From NCBI RefSeq assembly GCF_009914755.1, contig NC_060932.1: a stretch of DNA of 64,000 nucleotides; one strand, given 5' to 3'. This stretch comes from the human T2T-CHM13v2.0 reference genome, Homo sapiens. The notes below the pieces were generated by a model, which was not told where the DNA came from, made no database searches, and worked only from the letters and a program-made list of their open reading frames with translations. The first letter of the stretch is position 1; each line of letters begins with the position of its first letter. Below are positions 10,201 through 22,551 of the stretch, piece by piece. A program made the translations under genes and the position numbers.

Positions 10201-13200
10201 AGCGGGCATTTGGAGCGCTTTCAGGCCTATGCTGAAAAAGGAGATATCTACCTATAGAAACTAGACAGAAGGATTCCGAGAATCACGTTTGTGATGTGGG
10301 TACTCAACTAACAGTGTTGATCCATTCTTTTGATACAGCAGTTTTGAACCACACTTTTTGTAGAATCTGCAAGTGGATATTTGGATAGCTGTGAGGATTT
10401 CGTTGGAAACGGGAATGTCTTCATAGAAAATTTAGAGAGAAGCATTCTCAGAACCTTGATTGTGATGTGTGTTCTCCACTAACAGAGTTGAACCTTTCTT
10501 TTGACAGAACTGTTCTGAAACATTCTTTTTATAGAATCTGGAAGTGGATATTTGGAAAGCTTTGAGGATTTCGTTGGAAACGGGAATATCTTCAAATAAA
10601 ATCTAGCCAGAAGCATTCTAAGAAACATCTTAGGGATGTTTACATTCAAGTCACAGAGTTGAACATTCCCTTTCACAGAGCAGGTTTGAAACAATCTTCT
10701 CGTACTATCTGGCAGTGGACATTTTGAGCTCTTTGAGGCCTATGCTGAAAAAGGAAATATCTTCCGACAAAAACTAGACAGAAGCATTCGCAGAATCACG
10801 TTTGTGATGTGTGCACTCAACTGTCAGAATTGAACCTTGGTTTGGAGAGAGCACTTTTGAAACACTCTTTTTGTAGAATCTGCAGGTGGATATTTGGCTA
10901 GCTTTGAGGATTTCGTTGGAAACGGTAATGTCTTCAAAGAAAATCTAGACAGAAGCATTCTCAGAAACACCTTCGTGATGTTTGCAATCAAGTCACAGAG
11001 TTGAACCTTCCGTTTCATAGAGCAGGTTGGAAACACACTTTTTGTAGTATCTGGAAGTGGACATTTGGAGGGCTTTGTAGCCTATCTGGAAAAAGGAAAT
11101 ATCTTCCTATGAATGCGAGATAGAAGTAATCTCAGAAACATGTTTATGCTGTATCTACTCAACTAACTGTGCTGAACATTTCTATTGATAGAGCAGTTTT
11201 GAGACACTCTTCTTTTGGAATCTGCAAGTGGATATTTGGATAGATTTGAGGATTTCGTTGGAAACGGGATTATATATAAAAAGTAGACAGCAGCATTCTC
11301 AGAAACTTCTTTGTGATGTTTGCATCTAGCTCCCAGAGTTGAACATTCCCTTTCATAGAGTAGTTTTGAAACCCTCTTTTTATAGTGTCTGGAAGCGGGC
11401 ATTTGGAGCGCTTTCAGGCCTATGCTGAAAAAGGAAATATCTACCTATAGAAACTAGACAGAAGCATTCTGAGAATCACGTTTGTGATGTGGGTACTCAA
11501 CTAACAGTGTTGATCCATTCTTTTGATACAGCAGTTTTGAACCACACTTTTTGTAGAATCTGCAAGTGGATATTTGGATAGCTGTGAGGATTTCGTTGGA
11601 AACGGGAATGTCTTCATAGAAAATTTAGACAGAAGCATTCTCAGAACCTTGATTGTGATGTGTGTTCTCCACTAACAGAGTTGAACCTTTCTTTTGACAG
11701 AACTGTTCTGAAACATTCTTTTTATAGAATCTGGAAGTGGATATTTGGAAAGCTTTGAGGATTTCGTTGGAAACGGGAATATCTTCAAATCAAATCTAGC
11801 CAGAAGCATTCTAAGAAACAGCTTAGGGATGTTTACATTCAAGTCACAGAGTTGAACATTCCCTTTCACAGAGCAGGTTTGAAACAATCTTCTCGTACTA
11901 TCTGGCAGTGGACATTTTGAGCTCCTTGGGGCCTATGCTGAAAAAGGAAATATCTTCCGACAAAAACTAGACAGAAGCATTCGCAGAATCACGTTTGTGA
12001 TGTGTGCACTCAACTGTCAGAATTGAACCTTGGTTTGGAGAGAGCACTTTTGAAACACTCTTTTTGTAGAATCTGCAGGTGGATATTTGGCTAGCTTTGA
12101 GGATTTCGTTGGAAACGGTAATGTCTTCAAAGAAAATCTAGACAGAAGCATTCTCAGAAACACCTTCGTGATGTTTGCAATCAAGTCACAGAGTTGAACC
12201 TTCCGTTTCATAGAGCAGGTTGGAAACACACTTTTTGTAGTATCTGGAAGTGGACATTTGGAGGGCTTTGTAGCCTATCTGGAAAAAGGAAATATCTTCC
12301 CATGAATGCGAGATAGAAGTAATCTCAGAAACATGTTTATGCTGTATCTACTCAACTAACTGTGCTGAACATTTCTATTGATAGAGCAGTTTTGAGACAC
12401 TCTTCTTTTGGAATCTGCAAGTGGATATTTGGATAGATTTGAGGATTTCGTTGGAAACGGGATTATATATAAAAAGTAGACAGCAGCATTCTCAGAAACT
12501 TCTTTGTGATGTTTGCATCCAGCTCTCAGAGTTGAACATTCCCTTTCATAGAGTAGGTTTGAAACCCTCTTTTTATAGTGTCTGGAAGCGGGCATTTGGA
12601 GCGCTTTCAGGCCTATGCTTAAAATAGGAAATATCTACCTACAGAAACTAGACAGAAGCATTCTGAGAATCACGTTTGTGATGTGGGTACTCAACTAACA
12701 GTGTTGATCCATTCTTTTGATACAGCAGTTTTGAACCACACTTTTTGTAGAATCTGCAAGAGGATATTTGGATAGCTGTGAGGATTTCGTTGGAAACGGG
12801 AATGTCTTCAAAGAAAATCTAGACAGAAGCATTCTCAGAAACACCTTCGTGATGTTTGCAATCAAGTCACAGAGTTGAACCTTCCGTTTCATAGAGCAGG
12901 TTGGAAACACTCTTATTGTAGTATCTGGAAGTGGACATTTGGAGCGCTTTCAGGCCTATGGTGAAAAAGGAAATATCTTCCCATAAAAACGACATAGAAG
13001 CTATCTCAGGAACTTGTTTATGATGCATCTAATCAACTAACAGTGTTGAACCTTTGTACTGACAGAGCACTTTGAAACACTCTTTTTTTGGAATCTGCAA
13101 GTGGATATTTGGATCACTTTGAGGATTTCGTTGGAAACGGGATGCAATATAAAACGTACACAGCAGCATACTCAGAAAATACTTTGCCATGTTTCCATTC

Positions 13201-16200
13201 AAGTCACAGAGTGGAACATTCCCATTCATAGAGCAGGTTGGAAACACTCTTTTTGGAGTATCTGGAAGTGGACATTTGGAGCGCTTTCTGAACTATGGTG
13301 AAAAAGGAAATATCTTCCAATGAAAACAAGACAGAAGCATTCTGAGAAACTTATTTGTGATGTGTGTCCTCAACAAACGGACTTGAACCTTTCGTTTCAT
13401 GCAGTACTTCTGGAACACTCTTTTTGAAGATTCTGCATGCGGATATTTGGATAGCTTTGAGGATTTCGTTGGAAACGGCCTTACATGTAAAAATTAGACA
13501 GCAGCATTCTCAGAAACTTCTTTGTGGTGTCTGCATTCAAGTCACAGAATTGAACTTCCCCTCACATAGAGCAGTTGTGCAGCACTCTATTTGTAGTATC
13601 TGGAAGTGGACATTTGGAGGGCTTTGTAGCCTATCTGGAAAAAGGAAATATCTTCCCATGAATGCGAGATAGAAGTAATCTCAGAAACGTGTTTATGCTG
13701 TATCTACTCAACTAACTGTGCTGAACATTTCTATTGATAGAGCAGTTTTGAGACACTCTTCTTTTGGAATCTGCAAGTGGATATTTGGATAGATTTGAGG
13801 ATTTCGTTGGAAACGGGATTATATATAAAAAGTAGACAGCAGCATTCTCAGAAACTTCTTTGTGATGTTTGCATCCAGCTCTCAGAGTTGAACATTCCCT
13901 TTCATAGAGTAGGTTTGAAACCCTCTTTTTATAGTGTCTGGAAGCGGGCATTTGGAGCGCTTTCAGGCCTATGCTTAAAATAGGAAATATCTACCTACAG
14001 AAACTAGACAGAAGCATTCTGAGAATCACGTTTGTGATGTGGGTACTCAACTAACAGTGTTGATCCATTCTTTTGATACAGCAGTTTTGAACCACACTTT
14101 TTGTAGAATCTGCAAGAGGATATTTGGATAGCTGTGAGGATTTCGTTGGAAACGGGAATGTCTTCAAAGAAAATCTAGACAGAAGCATTCTCAGAAACAC
14201 CTTCGTGATGTTTGCAATCAAGTCACAGAGTTGAACCTTCCGTTTCATAGAGCAGGTTGGAAACACTCTTATTGTAGTATCTGGAAGTGGACATTTGGAG
14301 CGCTTTCAGGCCTATGGTGAAAAAGGAAATATCTTCCCATAAAAACGACATAGCAGCTATCTCAGGAACTTGTTTATGATGCATCTAATCAACTAACAGT
14401 GTTGAACCTTTGTACTGACAGAGCACTTTGAAACACTCTTTTTTTGGAATCTGCAAGTGGATATTTGGATCGCTTTGAGGATTTCGTTGGAAACGGGATG
14501 CAATATAAAACGTACACAGCAGCATACTCAGAAAATACTTTGCCATATTTCCATTCAAGTCACAGAGTGGAACATTCCCATTCATAGAGCAGGTTGGAAA
14601 CACTCTTTTTGGAGTATCTGGAAGTGGACATTTGGAGCGCTTTCTGAACTATGGTGAAAAAGGAAATATCTTCCAATGAAAACAAGACAGAAGCATTCTG
14701 AGAAACTTATTTGTGATGTGTGTCCTCAACAAACGGACTTGAACCTTTCGTTTCATGCAGTACTTCTGGAACACTCTTTTTGAAGATTCTGCATGCGGAT
14801 ATTTGGATAGCTTTGAGGATTTCGTTGGAAACGGGCTTACATGTAAAAATTAGACAGCAGCATTCTCAGAAACTTCTTTGTGGTGTCTGCATTCAAGTCA
14901 CAGAATTGAACTTCCCCTCACATAGAGCAGTTGTGCAGCACTCTATTTGTAGTATCTGGAAGTGGACATTTGGAGGGCTTTGTAGCCTATCTGGAAAAAG
15001 GAAATATCTTCCCATGAATGCGAGATAGAAGTAATCTCAGAAACATGTTTATGCTGTATCTACTCAACTAACTGTGCTGAACATTTCTATTGATAGAGCA
15101 GTTTTGAGACCCTCTTCTTTTGGAATCTGCAAGTGGATATTTGGATAGATTTGAGGATTTCGTTGGAAACGGGATTATATATAAAAAGTAGACAGCAGCA
15201 TTCTCAGAAACTTCTTTGTGATGTTTGCATCCAGCTCTCAGAGTTGAACATTCCCTTTCATAGAGTAGGTTTGAAACCCTCTTTTTATAGTGTCTGGAAG
15301 CGGGCATTTGGAGCGCTTTCAGGCCTATGCTGAAAAAGGAGATATCTACCTATAGAAACTAGACAGAAGGATTCCGAGAATCACGTTTGTGATGTGGGTA
15401 CTCAACTAACAGTGTTGATCCATTCTTTTGATACAGCAGTTTTGAACCACACTTTTTGTAGAATCTGCAAGTGGATATTTGGATAGCTGTGAGGATTTCG
15501 TTGGAAACGGGAATGTCTTCATAGAAAATTTAGAGAGAAGCATTCTCAGAACCTTGATTGTGATGTGTGTTCTCCACTAACAGAGTTGAACCTTTCTTTT
15601 GACAGAACTGTTCTGAAACATTCTTTTTATAGAATCTGGAAGTGGATATTTGGAAAGCTTTGAGGATTTCGTTGGAAACGGGAATATCTTCAAATAAAAT
15701 CTAGCCAGAAGCATTCTAAGAAACATCTTAGGGATGTTTACATTCAAGTCACAGAGTTGAACATTCCCTTTCACAGAGCAGGTTTGAAACAATCTTCTCG
15801 TACTATCTGGCAGTGGACATTTTGAGCTCTTTGGGGCCTATGCTGAAAAAGGAAATATCTTCCGACAAAAACTAGACAGAAGCATTCGCAGAATCACGTT
15901 TGTGATGTGTGCACTCAACTGTCAGAATTGAACCTTGGTTTGGAGAGAGCACTTTTGAAACACTCTTTTTGTAGAATCTGCAGGTGGATATTTGGCTAGC
16001 TTTGAGGATTTCGTTGGAAACGGTAATGTCTTCAAAGAAAATCTAGACAGAAGCATTCTCAGAAACACCTTCGTGATGTTTGCAATCAAGTCACAGAGTT
16101 GAACCTTCCGTTTCATAGAGCAGGTTGGAAACACACTTTTTGTAGTATCTGGAAGTGGACATTTGGAGGGCTTTGTAGCCTATCTGGAAAAAGGAAATAT

Positions 16201-19200
16201 CTTCCCATGAATGCGAGATAGAAGTAATCTCAGAAACATGTTTATGCTGTATCTACTCAACTAACTGTGCTGAACATTTCTATTGATAGAGCAGTTTTGA
16301 GACACTCTTCTTTTGGAATCTGCAAGTGGATATTTGGATAGATTTGAGGATTTCGTTGGAAACGGGATTATATATAAAAAGTAGACAGCAGCATTCTCAG
16401 AAACTTCTTTGTGATGTTTGCATCTAGCTCCCAGAGTTGAACATTCCCTTTCATAGAGTAGTTTTGAAACCCTCTTTTTATAGTGTCTGGAAGCGGGCAT
16501 TTGGAGCGCTTTCAGGCCTATGCTGAAAAAGGAAATATCTACCTATAGAAACTAGACAGAAGCATTCTGAGAATCACGTTTGTGATGTGGGTACTCAACT
16601 AACAGTGTTGATCCATTCTTTTGATACAGCAGTTTTGAACCACACTTTTTGTAGAATCTGCAAGTGGATATTTGGATAGCTGTGAGGATTTCGTTGGAAA
16701 CGGGAATGTCTTCATAGAAAATTTAGACAGAAGCATTCTCAGAACCTTGATTGTGATGTGTGTTCTCCACTAACAGAGTTGAACCTTTCTTTTGACAGAA
16801 CTGTTCTGAAACATTCTTTTTATAGAATCTGGAAGTGGATATTTGGAAAGCTTTGAGGATTTCGTTGGAAACGGGAATATCTTCAAATCAAATCTAGCCA
16901 GAAGCATTCTAAGAAACAGCTTAGGGATGTTTACATTCAAGTCACAGAGTTGAACATTCCCTTTCACAGAGCAGGTTTGAAACAATCTTCTCGTACTATC
17001 TGGCAGTGGACATTTTGAGCTCCTTGGGGCCTATGCTGAAAAAGGAAATATCTTCCGACAAAAACTAGACAGAAGCATTCGCAGAATCACGTTTGTGATG
17101 TGTGCACTCAACTGTCAGAATTGAACCTTGGTTTGGAGAGAGCACTTTTGAAACACTCTTTTTGTAGAATCTGCAGGTGGATATTTGGCTAGCTTTGAGG
17201 ATTTCGTTGGAAACGGTAATGTCTTCAAAGAAAATCTAGACAGAAGCATTCTCAGAAACACCTTCGTGATGTTTGCAATCAAGTCACAGAGTTGAACCTT
17301 CCGTTTCATAGAGCAGGTTGGAAACACTCTTTTTGTAGTATCTGGAAGTGGACATTTGGAGGGCTTTGTAGCCTATCTGGAAAAAGGAAATATCTTCCCA
17401 TGAATGCGAGATAGAAGTAATCTCAGAAACATGTTTATGCTGTATCTACTCAACTAACTGTGCTGAACATTTCTATTGATAGAGCAGTTTTGAGACACTC
17501 TTCTTTTGGAATCTGCAAGTGGATATTTGGATAGATTTGAGGATTTCGTTGGAAACGGGATTATATATAAAAAGTAGACAGCAGCATTCTCAGAAACTTC
17601 TTTGTGATGTTTGCATCCAGCTCTCAGAGTTGAACATTCCCTTTCATAGAGTAGGTTTGAAACCCTCTTTTTATAGTGTCTGGAAGCGGGCATTTGGAGC
17701 GCTTTCAGGCCTATGCTTAAAATAGGAAATATCTACCTACAGAAACTAGACAGAAGCATTCTGAGAATCACGTTTGTGATGTGGGTACTCAACTAACAGT
17801 GTTGATCCATTCTTTTGATACAGCAGTTTTGAACCACACTTTTTGTAGAATCTGCAAGAGGATATTTGGATAGCTGTGAGGATTTCGTTGGAAACGGGAA
17901 TGTCTTCAAAGAAAATCTAGACAGAAGCATTCTCAGAAACACCTTCGTGATGTTTGCAATCAAGTCACAGAGTTGAACCTTCCGTTTCATAGAGCAGGTT
18001 GGAAACACTCTTATTGTAGTATCTGGAAGTGGACATTTGGAGCGCTTTCAGGCCTATGGTGAAAAAGGAAATATCTTCCCATAAAAACGACATAGAAGCT
18101 ATCTCAGGAACTTGTTTATGATGCATCTAATCAACTAACAGTGTTGAACCTTTGTACTGACAGAGCACTTTGAAACACTCTTTTTTTGGAATCTGCAAGT
18201 GGATATTTGGATCGCTTTGAGGATTTCGTTGGAAACGGGATGCAATATAAAACGTACACAGCAGCATACTCAGAAAATACTTTGCCATGTTTCCATTCAA
18301 GTCACAGAGTGGAACATTCCCATTCATAGAGCAGGTTGGAAACACTCTTTTTGGAGTATCTGGAAGTGGACATTTGGAGCGCTTTCTGAACTATGGTGAA
18401 AAAGGAAATATCTTCCAATGAAAACAAGACAGAAGCATTCTGAGAAACTTATTTGTGATGTGTGTCCTCAACAAACGGACTTGAACCTTTCGTTTCATGC
18501 AGTACTTCTGGAACACTCTTTTTGAAGATTCTGCATGCGGATATTTGGATAGCTTTGAGGATTTCGTTGGAAACGGCCTTACATGTAAAAATTAGACAGC
18601 AGCATTCTCAGAAACTTCTTTGTGGTGTCTGCATTCAAGTCACAGAATTGAACTTCCCCTCACATAGAGCAGTTGTGCAGCACTCTATTTGTAGTATCTG
18701 GAAGTGGACATTTGGAGGGCTTTGTAGCCTATCTGGAAAAAGGAAATATCTTCCCATGAATGCGAGATAGAAGTAATCTCAGAAACGTGTTTATGCTGTA
18801 TCTACTCAACTAACTGTGCTGAACATTTCTATTGATAGAGCAGTTTTGAGACACTCTTCTTTTGGAATCTGCAAGTGGATATTTGGATAGATTTGAGGAT
18901 TTCGTTGGAAACGGGATTATATATAAAAAGTAGACAGCAGCATTCTCAGAAACTTCTTTGTGATGTTTGCATCCAGCTCTCAGAGTTGAACATTCCCTTT
19001 CATAGAGTAGGTTTGAAACCCTCTTTTTATAGTGTCTGGAAGCGGGCATTTGGAGCGCTTTCAGGCCTATGCTTAAAATAGGAAATATCTACCTACAGAA
19101 ACTAGACAGAAGCATTCTGAGAATCACGTTTGTGATGTGGGTACTCAACTAACAGTGTTGATCCATTCTTTTGATACAGCAGTTTTGAACCACACTTTTT

Positions 19201-22200
19201 GTAGAATCTGCAAGAGGATATTTGGATAGCTGTGAGGATTTCGTTGGAAACGGGAATGTCTTCAAAGAAAATCTAGACAGAAGCATTCTCAGAAACACCT
19301 TCGTGATGTTTGCAATCAAGTCACAGAGTTGAACCTTCCGTTTCATAGAGCAGGTTGGAAACACTCTTATTGTAGTATCTGGAAGTGGACATTTGGAGCG
19401 CTTTCAGGCCTATGGTGAAAAAGGAAATATCTTCCCATAAAAACGACATAGAAGCTATCTCAGGAACTTGTTTATGATGCATCTAATCAACTAACAGTGT
19501 TGAACCTTTGTACTGACAGAGCACTTTGAAACACTCTTTTTTTGGAATCTGCAAGTGGATATTTGGATCGCTTTGAGGATTTCGTTGGAAACGGGATGCA
19601 ATATAAAACGTACACAGCAGCATACTCAGAAAATACTTTGCCATATTTCCATTCAAGTCACAGAGTGGAACATTCCCATTCATAGAGCAGGTTGGAAACA
19701 CTCTTTTTGGAGTATCTGGAAGTGGACATTTGGAGCGCTTTCTGAACTATGGTGAAAAAGGAAATATCTTCCAATGAAAACAAGACAGAAGCATTCTGAG
19801 AAACTTATTTGTGATGTGTGTCCTCAACAAACGGACTTGAACCTTTCGTTTCATGCAGTACTTCTGGAACACTCTTTTTGAAGATTCTGCATGCGGATAT
19901 TTGGATAGCTTTGAGGATTTCGTTGGAAACGGGCTTACATGTAAAAATTAGACAGCAGCATTCTCAGAAACTTCTTTGTGGTGTCTGCATTCAAGTCACA
20001 GAATTGAACTTCCCCTCACATAGAGCAGTTGTGCAGCACTCTATTTGTAGTATCTGGAAGTGGACATTTGGAGGGCTTTGTAGCCTATCTGGAAAAAGGA
20101 AATATCTTCCCATGAATGCGAGATAGAAGTAATCTCAGAAACATGTTTATGCTGTATCTACTCAACTAACTGTGCTGAACATTTCTATTGATAGAGCAGT
20201 TTTGAGACCCTCTTCTTTTGGAATCTGCAAGTGGATATTTGGATAGATTTGAGGATTTCGTTGGAAACGGGATTATATATAAAAAGTAGACAGCAGCATT
20301 CTCAGAAACTTCTTTGTGATGTTTGCATCCAGCTCTCAGAGTTGAACATTCCCTTTCATAGAGTAGGTTTGAAACCCTCTTTTCATAGTGTCTGGAAGCG
20401 GGCATTTGGAGCGCTTTCAGGCCTATGCTGAAAAAGGAGATATCTACCTATAGAAACTAGACAGAAGCATTCCGAGAATCACGTTTGTGATGTGGGTACT
20501 CAACTAACAGTGTTGATCCATTCTTTTGATACAGCAGTTTTGAACCACACTTTTTGTAGAATCTGCAAGTGGATATTTGGATAGCTGTGAGGATTTCGTT
20601 GGAAACGGGAATGTCTTCATAGAAAATTTAGAGAGAAGCATTCTCAGAACCTTGATTGTGATGTGTGTTCTCCACTAACAGAGTTGAACCTTTCTTTTGA
20701 CAGAACTGTTCTGAAACATTCTTTTTATAGAATCTGGAAGTGGATATTTGGAAAGTTTTGAGGATTTCGTTGGAAACGGGAATATCTTCAAATAAAATCT
20801 AGCCAGAAGCATTCTAAGAAACATCTTAGGGATGTTTACATTCAAGTCACAGAGTTGAACATTCCCTTTCACAGAGCAGGTTTGAAACAATCTTCTCGTA
20901 CTATCTGGCAGTGGACATTTTGAGCTCTTTGGGGCCTATGCTGAAAAAGGAAATATCTTCCGACAAAAACTAGACAGAAGCATTCGCAGAATCACGTTTG
21001 TGATGTGTGCACTCAACTGTCAGAATTGAACCTTGGTTTGGAGAGAGCACTTTTGAAACACTCTTTTTGTAGAATCTGCAGGTGGATATTTGGCTAGCTT
21101 TGAGGATTTCGTTGGAAACGGTAATGTCTTCAAAGAAAATCTAGACAGAAGCATTCTCAGAAACACCTTCGTGATGTTTGCAATCAAGTCACAGAGTTGA
21201 ACCTTCCGTTTCATAGAGCAGGTTGGAAACACACTTTTTGTAGTATCTGGAAGTGGACATTTGGAGGGCTTTGTAGCCTATCTGGAAAAAGGAAATATCT
21301 TCCCATGAATGCGAGATAGAAGTAATCTCAGAAACATGTTTATGCTGTATCTACTCAACTAACTGTGCTGAACATTTCTATTGATAGAGCAGTTTTGAGA
21401 CACTCTTCTTTTGGAATCTGCAAGTGGATATTTGGATAGATTTGAGGATTTCGTTGGAAACGGGATTATATATAAAAAGTAGACAGCAGCATTCTCAGAA
21501 ACTTCTTTGTGATGTTTGCATCTAGCTCCCAGAGTTGAACATTCCCTTTCATAGAGTAGTTTTGAAACCCTCTTTTTATAGTGTCTGGAAGCGGGCATTT
21601 GGAGCGCTTTCAGGCCTATGCTGAAAAAGGAAATATCTACCTATAGAAACTAGACAGAAGCATTCTGAGAATCACGTTTGTGATGTGGGTACTCAACTAA
21701 CAGTGTTGATCCATTCTTTTGATACAGCAGTTTTGAACCACACTTTTTGTAGAATCTGCAAGTGGATATTTGGATAGCTGTGAGGATTTCGTTGGAAACG
21801 GGAATGTCTTCATAGAAAATTTAGACAGAAGCATTCTCAGAACCTTGATTGTGATGTGTGTTCTCCACTAACAGAGTTGAACCTTTCTTTTGACAGAACT
21901 GTTCTGAAACATTCTTTTTATAGAATCTGGAAGTGGATATTTGGAAAGCTTTGAGGATTTCGTTGGAAACGGGAATATCTTCAAATCAAATCTAGCCAGA
22001 AGCATTCTAAGAAACAGCTTAGGGATGTTTACATTCAAGTCACAGAGTTGAACATTCCCTTTCACAGAGCAGGTTTGAAACAATCTTCTCGTACTATCTG
22101 GCAGTGGACATTTTGAGCTCCTTGGGGCCTATGCTGAAAAAGGAAATATCTTCCGACAAAAACTAGACAGAAGCATTCGCAGAATCACGTTTGTGATGTG

Positions 22201-22551
22201 TGCACTCAACTGTCAGAATTGAACCTTGGTTTGGAGAGAGCACTTTTGAAACACTCTTTTTGTAGAATCTGCAGGTGGATATTTGGCTAGCTTTGAGGAT
22301 TTCGTTGGAAACGGTAATGTCTTCAAAGAAAATCTAGACAGAAGCATTCTCAGAAACACCTTCGTGATGTTTGCAATCAAGTCACAGAGTTGAACCTTCC
22401 GTTTCATAGAGCAGGTTGGAAACACTCTTTTTGTAGTATCTGGAAGTGGACATTTGGAGGGCTTTGTAGCCTATCTGGAAAAAGGAAATATCTTCCCATG
22501 AATGCGAGATAGAAGTAATCTCAGAAACATGTTTATGCTGTATCTACTCAA
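7258..22551 (+). repeat. Super-HOR (8-8-7-7, 30 monomers, 5098 bp) x3
   Basis: Anchors at 7258, 12356, 17454 and 22552. Diagnostic variants recur at exactly 5098 bp: 'aaacggcctt' boxes at 8366/13464/18562 and 'catctagctccc' in units 11163/16261/21359. Confidence 0.93.
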
